Positions 50,089 through 60,577 of a DNA stretch of 64,000 nt are shown one piece after another (the first letter of the stretch is position 1; every line of letters starts with the position of its first letter). The stretch comes from an uncultured Nioella sp. GTDB taxonomy: Bacteria > Pseudomonadota > Alphaproteobacteria > Rhodobacterales > Rhodobacteraceae. The notes under the pieces are model-generated. The model saw nothing but the letters and a program-made list of their open reading frames with translations, ran no database searches and had not been told where the DNA came from. The stretch lies in NCBI GenBank assembly GCA_947498125.1, contig CANMJH010000003.1:349808-413807 (forward strand), in the 5' to 3' direction. The position numbers were made by a program, and so were the translations under genes.

Positions 50089-52590
50089 ATGAAAACAACG
50101 GTAAAAGCCCTCATTATTGGCGGCGGTGCAATCGGAACGTCGATTGCCTATCATCTGGCCCGCGCCGGGTGGCAGGATGTGATGCTGTTAGAGCGGGATG
50201 AACTGACCTCTGGCTCAACCTGGCATGCGGCGGGCCTCTTGCCGCTCTTTAATATGGGCTACGCCACAAGCCACATTCACGATTACTCGGTCCGATTTTA
50301 TAAGACGCTGGAAGAGGAAACCGGGCTGAATGCCGGGTTCTCGGTTGTGGGTAATCTTCGCATGGCGCAAAGCGCCGAGCGGATGGATGAGTTTCAGCTT
50401 TACGCCTCAACCGCGGAAACCGTGGGTATTCCCTATGAATGGATGACTCCCGCCGAGATCAAAGAGCGTTGGCCGTTGGTCCGCACCGAAGATTTGCGCG
50501 GCGCGCTGTTCCATCCGACTGACGGCTATATCAATCCTGCGGATCTGACGCAGGCCATGGCCAAAGGCGCGCGTCAACACGGCGTGATGATCGAGCGTAA
50601 GTGGCAAGTGGACGGCTATGAATGGGCCGGCGATCATTGGAATGTGACCGCCACCAAGATGGTCGAAAAAGGCGGAAATCTGGTTCCCTCGGATGAGCAA
50701 ATCGTCATCCAGGCCGAACATGTTGTAACGGCCACCGGAAACCATTCACAGCGCACGGCGCAGATGCTCGGCATCAAAATGCCTGCGATCCCGGTCGAAC
50801 ACCAATATATCGTGACCGAGCCTGATCCGGCGCTGACCGCGTATCGAGGCACCCATGCGGAACATCCGGTTCTGCGCGATGCAGACGCCAAATGGTATGT
50901 GCGAGAAGAACGCGGCGGCTGGATTTTGGGGCCCTATGAGCGCGGCGCGCCCGCTCGGTTCGAGTATGCGGTGCCTGATAGTTTCCGCGCGGATCTTTTC
51001 CCGCTCGATCTGGATCGGATCGAAGAGGAATACATGTCGATGATCCACCGAATTCCATCCTCGGAAACTGTGGGTTTGAAAGACGATTATAACGGTCCAA
51101 TTTGTTACACGCCGGATGGCAACCCACTGGTTGGCCCTGCGCCGGGTCTGCGCAATATGTGGCTTGCAGAAGGGTTTTCCTTCGGGATCACTGCGGCGGG
51201 CGGCACGGGCTATTATCTTGCGCAGATGATGGTTGACGGCGAAGCAGAGATTGACATGGCCAGCCTCGATCCCAAGCGCTACAGCCAGAATTGGATGACC
51301 ACAGAATACGCCGCGCGCAAAAACGAAGAATGCTATGAGCATGTCTATATTCTGCATCACCCCGATGAAGAGCGTGAAGCCTGTCGCCCGCTCAGAACCG
51401 CGCCTGCCTATGATCGGCAAAAGGCGCGGGGTGCGCAGTTTGGGATGGTCAATGGATGGGAACGCCCAAACTATTTTGGACCGCTTGATGCGCCGGAAAA
51501 CTTTGACCATGACGCCCGCAGTTTCCGCCGTGGTGGATGGTGGCAACATGCGGTGGATGAGGCTAAAGCCATTCGCGAAGGCGTCGGCCTGATTGATGCC
51601 ACGGCCTTTACCAAACATGTCGTAAAGGGTCCGGGGGCCACGGCCTTTCTTGATTGGTTCACTTGCAACAAGCTGCCGCGCATTGGCCGGATCAACCTGA
51701 CCTACGCGCTTAGCTCAACCGGGACCACGCGCACCGAATACACGATCGTCAGGAATGGCGAGGATAGCTATTACCTCGTTTCTGCTGGGGCGCTGACAGA
51801 ATATGACGGCGATTACCTGCGCAAGGCGGCCGAAGATAAAGCGCCTGAATTTGGTTATATCGAGATACAGGATGTCACCACGCAATGGGGCGTCTTTGCC
51901 ATTGCCGGGCCGAAATCCCGCGATGTGCTCAGTGAAGTGATCAAGGATGCAGACCCGTCCACGGCTCTGTCCAACAAACGTTTCCCTTGGCTGTCCGCGC
52001 GTCAGATTGAACTGGGCATGTGCCCGGTCAATGCAATCCGCGTGGCCTATACCGGTGAGCTTGGTTGGGAAATGCACCATCCGATTGAAATGCAGAACTA
52101 CCTTTTTGACCTCCTCGAAAAAGCTGGTGAGAAATACGGGATGAAACTGGTCGGCGCGCGCGCGCAAAACTGGTTGCGACAGGAAAAAAGCTACCGCGCG
52201 TTCGGGACCGAGCTGGGACGCGATGCGACGCCGCTCGAGGCGGATCTTCCCCGCTTTGTTGATCTTTCGAAAGAGTTCCACGGTAAAGCGCCGATGGAAG
52301 CGGTGGGCATCCGTTCAAAATGCGTGACGTTATTGATTGACGGGCCAGAGGATGCAGACCCTTGGGGCCGCGAGGCGCTTTATGATGGCGAGGTCAAAGT
52401 GGGGCGTCTGACATCGGGCGGTTATTCGGTGGCGTTCGGGAAATCTATTGGCATGGGCTATGTCACGCCGGATCTGGCGGTCGAGGGGACAAAGCTAAAG
52501 GTCAGGATGCAGAACCAGCTTTGGGATGCCGTGATCACCTGCGACAGCCCCTATGATCCAAAAAATGAAACTATTCGCAAAGATGGCTAG
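50089..52590 (+). CDS. dimethylglycine/sarcosine dehydrogenase-family protein (FAD oxidoreductase fused to GcvT-like aminomethyltransferase domain)
   Basis: N-terminal FAD motif (IIGGGAIGTSIAYHLA) plus C-terminal GcvT-like folate-binding domain; 833 aa. Confidence 0.85.
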   Translation: MKTTVKALIIGGGAIGTSIAYHLARAGWQDVMLLERDELTSGSTWHAAGLLPLFNMGYATSHIHDYSVRFYKTLEEETGLNAGFSVVGNLRMAQSAERMDEFQLYASTAETVGIPYEWMTPAEIKERWPLVRTEDLRGALFHPTDGYINPADLTQAMAKGARQHGVMIERKWQVDGYEWAGDHWNVTATKMVEKGGNLVPSDEQIVIQAEHVVTATGNHSQRTAQMLGIKMPAIPVEHQYIVTEPDPALTAYRGTHAEHPVLRDADAKWYVREERGGWILGPYERGAPARFEYAVPDSFRADLFPLDLDRIEEEYMSMIHRIPSSETVGLKDDYNGPICYTPDGNPLVGPAPGLRNMWLAEGFSFGITAAGGTGYYLAQMMVDGEAEIDMASLDPKRYSQNWMTTEYAARKNEECYEHVYILHHPDEEREACRPLRTAPAYDRQKARGAQFGMVNGWERPNYFGPLDAPENFDHDARSFRRGGWWQHAVDEAKAIREGVGLIDATAFTKHVVKGPGATAFLDWFTCNKLPRIGRINLTYALSSTGTTRTEYTIVRNGEDSYYLVSAGALTEYDGDYLRKAAEDKAPEFGYIEIQDVTTQWGVFAIAGPKSRDVLSEVIKDADPSTALSNKRFPWLSARQIELGMCPVNAIRVAYTGELGWEMHHPIEMQNYLFDLLEKAGEKYGMKLVGARAQNWLRQEKSYRAFGTELGRDATPLEADLPRFVDLSKEFHGKAPMEAVGIRSKCVTLLIDGPEDADPWGREALYDGEVKVGRLTSGGYSVAFGKSIGMGYVTPDLAVEGTKLKVRMQNQLWDAVITCDSPYDPKNETIRKDG

Positions 52591-52617
52591 CGCTATTTTT
52601 TGCCCCGGATGGCTCGG

Positions 52618-52668
52618 GGTTTGGGGGCTGGCCCCCAAGAAAACGGGGGTGCGGGGGCAGAGCCCCCG
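52618..52668. repeat. REP-like GC-rich palindromic intergenic element
   Basis: two adjacent hairpins, gggggctggccccc and gggggcagagccccc. Confidence 0.5.
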
Positions 52669-52713
52669 CTGGTCGACGCGCATCGCGCGGCGAAACCGGT
52701 TTGTAGGCGCAGC

Positions 52714-53304
52714 TTAGCGCATAAACCGTCCCAAAACGTCATCCAAAGCAGATCCGTCGCCATCGGCGTCCAGCAGATCATTCAGCATACCAAGCCCGCC
52801 AGATTGCGACCCGCCGCCGCCGCCCAAGAGGCCGCTCACCAGTCCGCCTAAGCCGCCGCCTGTCTCGGCCTCCATCTCGTCAATGGTGCTGTCGGGCATA
52901 TTGCGCTGCAATCCGCCTTGGGTCATGGCAGCAAGCGCTGGCAGGAATTGCTGCACCTGGCTGAGGTCGAGACCCGTTCGATTGGCCGCTTCTTCGGCCA
53001 GGCCGTCCGCTTCTTGCTGCCCGCCCAAAAGCGCTTGCAAAAAATCGCGTCCTTGCGCTTGGCCGGTTTCGCTGGCGGCGGCGCTGGCGTCGTCATAAAG
53101 CTCGGATTGCCCTTCACCGCGCAACGCCCCAAGGACATCTTGCAGGCCGCCACCCGTGGCGCGATTGCGCGCAGCCGACCCGAGCGCGGGGGCCAAAAGT
53201 TCGGTAAGCTCATTGGCCTGACCCTCTTCAAGGCCCAGCTGGCTTGCGAGAGCCCCCAATCCTTCACCACCCTGCGCGCCTTGAAGCATTCTGAGAATTG
53301 ACAT
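52714..53304 (-). CDS. DUF937-family protein
   Basis: Gly/Leu-rich low-complexity protein with a DUF937-like repeat pattern; AGGAGG RBS. Confidence 0.65.
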   Translation of the reverse strand: MSILRMLQGAQGGEGLGALASQLGLEEGQANELTELLAPALGSAARNRATGGGLQDVLGALRGEGQSELYDDASAAASETGQAQGRDFLQALLGGQQEADGLAEEAANRTGLDLSQVQQFLPALAAMTQGGLQRNMPDSTIDEMEAETGGGLGGLVSGLLGGGGGSQSGGLGMLNDLLDADGDGSALDDVLGRFMR

Positions 53305-53394
53305 TGTGTCCTCCTGAAATTCGATTTTTTAAATCTGTAACTGTAGTGCCGATTGCCATTCTAACCCAAACAAACGGGTGGAGCAGAGATTTCC

Positions 53395-54474
53395 CTACGT
53401 CAACCGGGTTGGGCTGAGCGCCGCAACGGTTTCCGCGTCGAACCCGGTTGGCCGCCCCGCGATAATATCGGCCAAAAACTGGCTGGCGGCAGGCGCGGTT
53501 TGCATGCCGTAGCCGCCTTGGCCGGCCACCCAAACAAAGGACGGCTGTCGCGGATCGGGCCCAAGAACAAGCGTGCGATCTGGTGCAAAGGTGCGAAGGC
53601 CGGCCCATGTGGTTTCAACGCGTGTGACCTCTTCCGTCACAAAGGGTTGATAGCGCGCGATGCCTTCTGCGATGACCATATCATCAGCCCAGGCATCATG
53701 CGGCGTCGTCTCGTCTTCCTCAGCGGGCGACACAAGCCATTTGCCCGCATCGGGTTTGGCGTACCACGTCTCACCGGCGCCGATCAGCATTGGCCAACCT
53801 GCTGGATCATGGCCGCCCGGCGCTGGTATCCGCGCCATTGAACGACGCAAGGGTTTAAGGCCAATGGGCGGAAGTCCTGCAAGCTTGGCAATCTCATCAG
53901 CCCAAGCCCCTGCAGCATTCACGAGGGTTTTGGCAGAATAGGTGTCGCTTGTGGTGAATACGTGCCAGATGCCGGCCTCTCGAGATATATCCGTGACCTG
54001 TTCGCCCGTCTGGATCTTGCCGCCGCTCTCCCGGATTTCCTTGGCAAAGTTCTGCACCAAACGATCTGCATCCAAATCCCAAGCCGCATGGTGATGGCCC
54101 GCTGCGGTGACGTGATCGGTGTTCAGGATCGGAACCTGTTCTTTCGCTTCGCTTGGCGTCAACGTCGTCAAGCCATAGGTGTCGATATCGTCCTGAAGCA
54201 AGGCGTCGTCGCCGGGCCCTGCTAAAAACATCAGACCGCGCGGCGATAACACGCCGCCATGGGCGTTTTGGTGATAGTCGAGCGACGCTTCGTTCAGGGC
54301 GATGGTGACGGGCAAGCCATAGCGAGCCTCATATAATGCCGCCGAGCGGCCCGAGGCATGATAGGCCAGCGCAGTTTCCGCCTCCAGAACCAGAACCGAG
54401 CCAAGCGGCGCAAGCCGTGCCCCAGCCGAGATTCCTGCGATGCCGCCGCCAATAACTAGAAAATCATAGGTCAT
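53395..54474 (-). CDS. FAD-dependent oxidoreductase (DAO family)
   Basis: N-terminal dinucleotide-binding motif (YDFLVIGGGIAGISAGARLA). Confidence 0.8.
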   Translation of the reverse strand: MTYDFLVIGGGIAGISAGARLAPLGSVLVLEAETALAYHASGRSAALYEARYGLPVTIALNEASLDYHQNAHGGVLSPRGLMFLAGPGDDALLQDDIDTYGLTTLTPSEAKEQVPILNTDHVTAAGHHHAAWDLDADRLVQNFAKEIRESGGKIQTGEQVTDISREAGIWHVFTTSDTYSAKTLVNAAGAWADEIAKLAGLPPIGLKPLRRSMARIPAPGGHDPAGWPMLIGAGETWYAKPDAGKWLVSPAEEDETTPHDAWADDMVIAEGIARYQPFVTEEVTRVETTWAGLRTFAPDRTLVLGPDPRQPSFVWVAGQGGYGMQTAPAASQFLADIIAGRPTGFDAETVAALSPTRLT

Positions 54475-54632
54475 GACCCTATTTGCCATAACACTATCTC
54501 AGTTGCTATTGCCCAGTCACTTAAAGGCCACTCACACGCAGATGTGACGCTGGATGCATTGTGATCTGTGGGCCGTAGCGGCAAAATGCAGTTCGATTTT
54601 AGTAGATTCGCGCTTTCTGGAGGCTCAATAGC

Positions 54633-55286
54633 ATGCTCAGCAGACGCCATTTTATCATGACCAGTGCTGCAATGTTTTCAGCGCCATTAGTGACGCCCGC
54701 CTTTGGGCAACAGTCAAATTGGGATGCTTGGGACGCGCAAGTGACACCGGCAGGATATGTCCCCGGGACAACCAATCCATGGGGGTTCCACGACCGGTTT
54801 TTGCCGCAACTGGTTGAGGCCAATCCAAGCCTTTTGCCCGGTGATATCCATGTCGATGCGGTCGCGCGGTATCTTTACCACATTCAGGATAATGGCACCG
54901 CCATGCGCTATGGCGTGGCGATTGGGCGAGGCGGTTTGTATGAGCCCGGTATTTACACCATCGCCCGCAAGGCGCGCTGGCCTGCTTGGACGCCAACTGC
55001 TGCAATGATCGCTCGTGAGCCGGCGGCCTATGCGCAGTTTGAAGATGGTGTGCCGGGAGGACCGACAAACCCGCTCGGCGCGCGGGCGCTCTATCTCTAT
55101 GTCGGCAACCGCGATACCTATCTGCGTATTCACGGCACGCCGCAGCCTTGGTCAATTGGCAGCCGCGCAAGCTCGGGCTGTGTGCGGATGGTTATGGCCC
55201 ATATCATTGATCTCTACGACAATGTTGATACAGGCGTGACCGCGACGCTTTATGCCGCTGAGGGCGGGATTGGCAGCGCAACGTAA
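54633..55286 (+). CDS. L,D-transpeptidase-family protein
   Basis: Tat-like signal (SRRHFIM); YkuD catalytic motif HGTPQPWSIGSRASSGCVRM. Confidence 0.8.
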   Translation: MLSRRHFIMTSAAMFSAPLVTPAFGQQSNWDAWDAQVTPAGYVPGTTNPWGFHDRFLPQLVEANPSLLPGDIHVDAVARYLYHIQDNGTAMRYGVAIGRGGLYEPGIYTIARKARWPAWTPTAAMIAREPAAYAQFEDGVPGGPTNPLGARALYLYVGNRDTYLRIHGTPQPWSIGSRASSGCVRMVMAHIIDLYDNVDTGVTATLYAAEGGIGSAT

Positions 55287-55342
55287 CGCGCCAATTGCTG
55301 TTCCCGTAAAATGGACGGCTTTCAGATAGACAGAAAAACATA

Positions 55343-55372
55343 AGCAGGGCCTCTGGCCCTGCTTTGTTATTT
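55343..55372. terminator. bidirectional terminator hairpin between convergent genes
   Basis: agcagggcctctggccctgct flanked by T/A runs. Confidence 0.6.
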
Positions 55373-55388
55373 AGACGACGGCCGCTGA

Positions 55389-55694
55389 TCAGGTGATCGA
55401 TTGCGCGCCAAGGACCGGGTCGTTTTCCCGCGTACAGATCATCCGGCCTGCGCTGGTCAGAAGGGGCAGGTACGTAGATTCAACCGGCCCTGCATATAGG
55501 TACCAGTAGCACCCATCTTCGGGCATGATCACCACGACGCTGGTGTCTTGATTGGGACCGACAATCGACACAACGCCCTCGGGCAGTTCAGCCACCCGGA
55601 TCACGCCATTATCGTCTACGGTATTTTGCGGTGTTGTAGTGCACCCCGCCAAGGCAAGGACGGCAAAAGCGCCGGCGATGAAAATGGCCTTCAT
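55389..55694 (-). CDS. small lipoprotein, hypothetical
   Basis: lipobox LALAGCTT; start at ATG 55694. Confidence 0.45.
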   Translation of the reverse strand: MKAIFIAGAFAVLALAGCTTTPQNTVDDNGVIRVAELPEGVVSIVGPNQDTSVVVIMPEDGCYWYLYAGPVESTYLPLLTSAGRMICTRENDPVLGAQSIT

Positions 55695-55918
55695 GAAAAT
55701 TCTCCCGACGTTCTTTTTATCACATGAAACAGAACGATGCTGTCTGCGGCAACCACTCTTAATCGAGAAGCTTCGATTTTGCACGTGTGTTCAACCTATT
55801 GTGTTCACAGAGCAATGCCAAGATTTCCTGCAATCCGGCGCCAGAAGTTCCGGCAGAAAGTTTTGGCAAGATCAGAGGTTTCTGCTTATTTTGTGCCGAT
55901 GAGTGAAATGGAGCTGAC

Positions 55919-56611
55919 ATGAAATTCTTGATCCCTGTTTTGGCATTTGCTGGACTTATTGCCGGGCCTGCTGTTGTAAATGCACAGGTTGTGGCGCTGA
56001 GCGCCGTGTTTGACGGCGATCTTTGCGCAACGGATGTTGACCCAGCAGGTGATCTGGATGATTGCGCAACAATCGCTGGAAACGCGGGTCAGCGGGGCCT
56101 GCACGAGTTCTTGTTTGAGGGCGTTCAAACGGATGTAGCCGGCGACATGGTCATTGCGATCACCGCTTCCGACGCCGATCTGTTTGCGGATCCCGGCCAA
56201 AATAACCCCGACGAGCGGTTTCGGTTGATCGTCGATGGCGTTGATTTTGGCCTGCTTTTCGATGGAACAGAAGGCGACGAAGCGGCGGCGAATGCGTCGC
56301 TAGCCATCTCGGTGCAAGAAAACATTCAGGCGTCAACCGGATCAGCCGCGCCAATGGCGCTTCGCTTTACCTTGCCGCAAGACCAATCCGCGATGATGTT
56401 GTCAGACGGTGTTTTGTCGGTGCAGCTGGATTTCCGGGAAGATCGGAACATCAACAGGTTCTCAGATACGGTCGTGCAAATATCCTACCCTGTCGCCGCG
56501 CCCCCTCCGGATCTTGAGTTTCTTCTGGCAGAAATTGCGCGACTAGAGGCGTTGATACATGCCCAAGGTGAGGCGATTACGGCGCTAGAGGCATCTATAG
56601 ACGGGCAGTAA
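55919..56611 (+). CDS. secreted hypothetical protein
   Basis: signal peptide; acidic; C-terminal coiled-coil-like segment. Confidence 0.5.
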   Translation: MKFLIPVLAFAGLIAGPAVVNAQVVALSAVFDGDLCATDVDPAGDLDDCATIAGNAGQRGLHEFLFEGVQTDVAGDMVIAITASDADLFADPGQNNPDERFRLIVDGVDFGLLFDGTEGDEAAANASLAISVQENIQASTGSAAPMALRFTLPQDQSAMMLSDGVLSVQLDFREDRNINRFSDTVVQISYPVAAPPPDLEFLLAEIARLEALIHAQGEAITALEASIDGQ

Positions 56612-56625
56612 CGCCTTTGGCGCTG

Positions 56626-56662
56626 AGACAAGAAAGGCCCGCCAATTTGGCGGGCCTTTCTC
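56626..56662. terminator. bidirectional Rho-independent terminator
   Basis: gaaaggcccgccaatttggcgggcctttc. Confidence 0.75.
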
Positions 56663-56680
56663 TTAGATCATTGTAGCGGA

Positions 56681-57760
56681 TCAGTTCGGGATCTCACCCG
56701 TTACGCCTTCGACATAGAAATCCATGCCGGCAAGCGTGCCGTCATCAGCGGTTTCACCTTCGGCCAACCAAGCCGAGCCGTCCTGCATGTTGATCGGGCC
56801 GGTGAAGGGGTGGTATTCGCCTGCTGCAATGGCTTCGACCATTGCTTGCGCTGATGCGCGCACGTCTTCTGGGATCGCGTCGGTCATTTCGCCAATGCCA
56901 ACCATGCCTGGGCCAATGCCGTCCCATGTGTCGCCGCTTTCCCATGTGCCATCCATGACGGCCTGGGTGCGGGCGATATAGTAGGGGCCCCAATCATCGA
57001 TGATTGCGGACAGGCGTGGGGCCGGAGCGAACTGGATCATGTCAGATGCCTGACCAAACCCGTAGGCACCAGCCTCGGCTGCGACGGCCAGCGGCGCAGT
57101 GGTATCGGTGTGCTGCATGATGATATCGGCGCCTTGGTCGATCAGGGCCTGTGCAGCTTCCGTTTCAACGGTTGGGTCCATCCATGTGAAGGCCCAAACA
57201 ACGCGGAATTCAACATCCGGGTTCACTTCGGACGCATGCAAATAGGCCGAGTTGATGCCCCGGATCACTTCGGGGATCGGGTAGGAGGCGATATAGCCGA
57301 TGATATTGCTCTCGGTCATATGACCCGCAATATGGCCCATTACGGCGCGGCCCTCATAGAAACGCGCGGAATATGTCGAAACATTGGGGTGATCGCGGCG
57401 ATAGCCCGTGCCATGTTCGAACATCACATTTGGGAACCGTTCTGCGACGTTATTGGTCGCGTCCATATATCCAAATGAGGTGGTGAAGATCAGATCCGCT
57501 CCGGATAGCGCCATTTGTGTCAGAACACGCTCAGCATCCGCGCCTTCTGGCACGTTTTCAACAAACGTGGTTTCAACCGCGTCGCCGAAATGTTCCTGAA
57601 CGGCCTCTAGCCCGTGATAATGGCCGGTGTTCCAGCCCATATCGTTGATCGAGCCGACGAAGACGAAGCCGACCTGTAGCGGGTCGTCCTGCGCCATCGC
57701 GCCTGTTGCAAGGCCAAGCGCCATTGCGCCGCTGGCCAGAACTGTCGTCAGATTTTTCAT
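56681..57760 (-). CDS. BMP-family (PnrA/Med-like) ABC transporter substrate-binding protein, probably nucleoside-binding
   Basis: signal peptide; BMP-family sequence; precedes the matching permeases and ATPase. Confidence 0.85.
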   Translation of the reverse strand: MKNLTTVLASGAMALGLATGAMAQDDPLQVGFVFVGSINDMGWNTGHYHGLEAVQEHFGDAVETTFVENVPEGADAERVLTQMALSGADLIFTTSFGYMDATNNVAERFPNVMFEHGTGYRRDHPNVSTYSARFYEGRAVMGHIAGHMTESNIIGYIASYPIPEVIRGINSAYLHASEVNPDVEFRVVWAFTWMDPTVETEAAQALIDQGADIIMQHTDTTAPLAVAAEAGAYGFGQASDMIQFAPAPRLSAIIDDWGPYYIARTQAVMDGTWESGDTWDGIGPGMVGIGEMTDAIPEDVRASAQAMVEAIAAGEYHPFTGPINMQDGSAWLAEGETADDGTLAGMDFYVEGVTGEIPN

Positions 57761-58533
57761 GTGACATTCTCCCTGTCTGTTTTTTGGTTTGTATCTGGTG
57801 TTTCGTTAGCGTCATGTAGATCGAAACCGGCATCTTCCAGTTCCGTCTCCAATAGCGCGGTGGTTATGATGGCTGCTGGCCCTGCGACAACGCCGAGCCC
57901 GACGAATAGAACCATCGTTGTGAAGATCCGCCCGCCGATGGTGATCGGAACCATATCGCCATACCCAACCGTGGTCAGTGATGCGACGGCCCACCAAAAG
58001 CTTTGCGGGATCGATGTGAACACCTCGGGTTGTTCGGGATGTTCGAAGATATAGATGCCGACCGCTGACACATAGAGCATCATCACGGCCATGATGATCA
58101 GCACGGTCAATTCGCCTCGCACCGCCTGAAAGGCATGAACCATCCGGTCGAGGGCGCGGCTGCTGCGGAATAGTTTGAGAAGCCGCACCAGCCGTATCAA
58201 TCGGAAGGTTCGGATTGCGGCCCATTCGGGTTGTAGCAGGACAAGCGCGGGCAGAATGGCCAGAAGATCGACAATGCCCCAAAAGCTGAAGATATAACGC
58301 CACGGTTTTGGGGCGGTCACGATGCGCAAGATATACTCGCCGACGAAGATCACCAGTATGACCGCCTCGAACCCGAAGAAGACCCGGCGCAGCCCGTCCG
58401 ATATTTGCGGCATGGATTCCACTGCGATGACCAGCGCCGAAACGATGATCAGACCATTCAGAAACAGCGCCATCGAGGGGCCGAACTTGGGGTCGGTCCC
58501 ATCCAAGATGTGCTGCACGTCGTGCTTGGTCAT
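57757..58533 (-). CDS. voltage-gated potassium channel (6-TM Kv-like ion transport protein)
   Basis: K+ selectivity filter TVGYGD; S4 helix with spaced Arg (RTFRLIRLVRLLKLFR); stop overlaps the SBP start (ATGA). Confidence 0.8.
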   Translation of the reverse strand: MTKHDVQHILDGTDPKFGPSMALFLNGLIIVSALVIAVESMPQISDGLRRVFFGFEAVILVIFVGEYILRIVTAPKPWRYIFSFWGIVDLLAILPALVLLQPEWAAIRTFRLIRLVRLLKLFRSSRALDRMVHAFQAVRGELTVLIIMAVMMLYVSAVGIYIFEHPEQPEVFTSIPQSFWWAVASLTTVGYGDMVPITIGGRIFTTMVLFVGLGVVAGPAAIITTALLETELEDAGFDLHDANETPDTNQKTDRENVT

Positions 58534-58541
58534 GAATTATC

Positions 58542-59465
58542 CTAGCCGGTTGCATGGAACACCTTGCCCAATGCAGCCGGTGCATTCAATGCAGCGCGGG
58601 CTTTCCCTGACGACATTATCACCAGAACCAAGATTGTGATGACATAGGGTGACATCGCCAGAATTTCGACCGGCACGTCAATGCCTGCCGCTTGCAGCCG
58701 CAATTGCAGCGCCGTGATGCCGCCGAAAAGGTAGGCGCCAAGCATAACGCGGCCGGGTTTCCAACTTGCAAAAACCACCAGCGCCAGCGCGATCCAGCCT
58801 GCGCCTGCCGTCATGCCTTCGGTCCATTGCGGCACGCGCACCATTGAAAAGAATGCGCCGCCAAGCCCTGCGCAGGCCCCGCCAAATAGGATGGCTGCAA
58901 TGCGCACGCGGACGACCTTATAGCCAAGCGCATGGGCCGCGTCGTGATTTTCGCCCACGGCGCGGATCACCAGACCGATATGGGTGTGTTTCAACACCGC
59001 CCAGACTGCCACGACCAGACCCACCGAGATATAGACCATCGATGTATGGGAAAAGAGGATCGGGCCGAGGACCGGCATGTCGCTGAGGCCGGGGATGTCT
59101 AGCCGAGCAACGGGGGGCGGGGTTGATCCTGAAATGCTCTCGCCAATCAGCGACGAGAGCCCAAGCCCAAAGAGGGTCAGGGCGAGGCCAGTCGCCACCT
59201 GATTGGACAAAAGATACTGCGTAAGGATCGCAAAGATCAGCGATAACGCCGCGCCGCCAGCGGCAGCCGCCAGAAAGCCAAGCGTGGGCGATCCGGTTTG
59301 AACCGCGATGGCAAAGCCGCAGACCGCGCCCATGATCATCATGCCTTCGACGCCAAGGTTCAGAACGCCAGCTTTTTCGACAACCAGCTCTCCTATCCCG
59401 GCTAAAAGGATCGGCGTGGACGCAACGATAAGCGCCGCGATGAGGGTGACGGGATCAATCATCAT
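58542..59465 (-). CDS. ABC transporter permease (BMP/nucleoside type)
   Basis: polytopic permease; 4-nt overlap with the upstream permease. Confidence 0.8.
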   Translation of the reverse strand: MMIDPVTLIAALIVASTPILLAGIGELVVEKAGVLNLGVEGMMIMGAVCGFAIAVQTGSPTLGFLAAAAGGAALSLIFAILTQYLLSNQVATGLALTLFGLGLSSLIGESISGSTPPPVARLDIPGLSDMPVLGPILFSHTSMVYISVGLVVAVWAVLKHTHIGLVIRAVGENHDAAHALGYKVVRVRIAAILFGGACAGLGGAFFSMVRVPQWTEGMTAGAGWIALALVVFASWKPGRVMLGAYLFGGITALQLRLQAAGIDVPVEILAMSPYVITILVLVIMSSGKARAALNAPAALGKVFHATG

Positions 59466-60577
59466 GCCGTGGCCTCCCCTTTTTTCATGCGAATTCGGTA
59501 GTTCGAGAGGACATCAAGCGCGAGCAAGAAGAACAGTAGCATGCCCTGAAAGGCCTGAATGGCAGAGGCGGGAATGCCCAGCATCAGCTGCGCCAGCTCA
59601 CCCCCGATATAAGTCAGTGCCATAAGAAGCCCGGCCAGCAATATGCCTACGGGATGTAACCGGCCAAGGAAGGCGACGATGATGGCGGTGAAACCGTAAC
59701 CGACGTTGAAATCAATGCTGATCTGTCCGGCGGGGCCCGACACTTCGAACAGTCCGGCAAGGCCCGCCAACGCGCCAGAAACCCCAAGGCAGAGGATGAT
59801 CAGGCGGCTGGGATTAACGCCAGCAAATTTCGCCGCGCGCGGAGCCTGTCCCGCCAGTTTGATCTGGTAGCCCAAAAGATGTTTGTTCAGCAAAATGTAG
59901 GCCGCGATGACCGATATAAAGGCCATGACAACACCCCAATGCATGCCGGTATTGGCGAAAAGCTCGGGGTTGGACATGGCATCGATGCGGTTCAATTGAC
60001 GTGATCCGGGAAAGCCCGAGCCTTCGGGGTTGCGCAGGAACCCTACCGCCGCCGAGGCGAGAAACTTTTCGGCCACATAGACCAGCAAGAGCGAGACGAG
60101 GATTTCATTTGTACGAAAAACCGTTCTCAGGATTGCCGGGATCATCGCCCAAGCCCATCCACCAAGCGCGCCCGCAATGACCATTCCGGGGAAGATGAGG
60201 GGGCTTTCGGTCGGATAAAAGGCAAGCCCGAATGTGGCACCGGCAATGGCGCCCATAATATATTGCCCTTCCGCGCCGATGTTCCAGATGCCGGCGCGAA
60301 ACCCAAGGCTGAGGCCGATGGCGATCAGGATAAGCGGGCCGGCCTTTACCAATAGCTGGGGCCGCGAATAGGACGCGAACTGGGCGTTGAACAGTGGATC
60401 GTAAAAGATAATGCGAATGGCTTCGAACGGGTTTTTGCCGAGAACGGCGAACATTAGACCGCCCGCAAGCATTGTCATCACAACGGCCAAGATAGGCGTC
60501 GCCAAAATCCAAGGTTTGGACGGCGAGGGGCGCTTTTCAAGTTTAAACATGGGCCACCTCCGCTTCGTGCATGTCAT
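59462..60577 (-). CDS. ABC transporter permease (BMP/nucleoside type)
   Basis: polytopic permease; overlaps the ATPase gene end. Confidence 0.8.
   Translation of the reverse strand: MTCTKRRWPMFKLEKRPSPSKPWILATPILAVVMTMLAGGLMFAVLGKNPFEAIRIIFYDPLFNAQFASYSRPQLLVKAGPLILIAIGLSLGFRAGIWNIGAEGQYIMGAIAGATFGLAFYPTESPLIFPGMVIAGALGGWAWAMIPAILRTVFRTNEILVSLLLVYVAEKFLASAAVGFLRNPEGSGFPGSRQLNRIDAMSNPELFANTGMHWGVVMAFISVIAAYILLNKHLLGYQIKLAGQAPRAAKFAGVNPSRLIILCLGVSGALAGLAGLFEVSGPAGQISIDFNVGYGFTAIIVAFLGRLHPVGILLAGLLMALTYIGGELAQLMLGIPASAIQAFQGMLLFFLLALDVLSNYRIRMKKGEATA

Noticed and set aside
50746-51618. 290-aa minus-strand ORF
   Set aside because: Antisense to the dimethylglycine-dehydrogenase-family gene, which has clear FAD and GcvT motifs.
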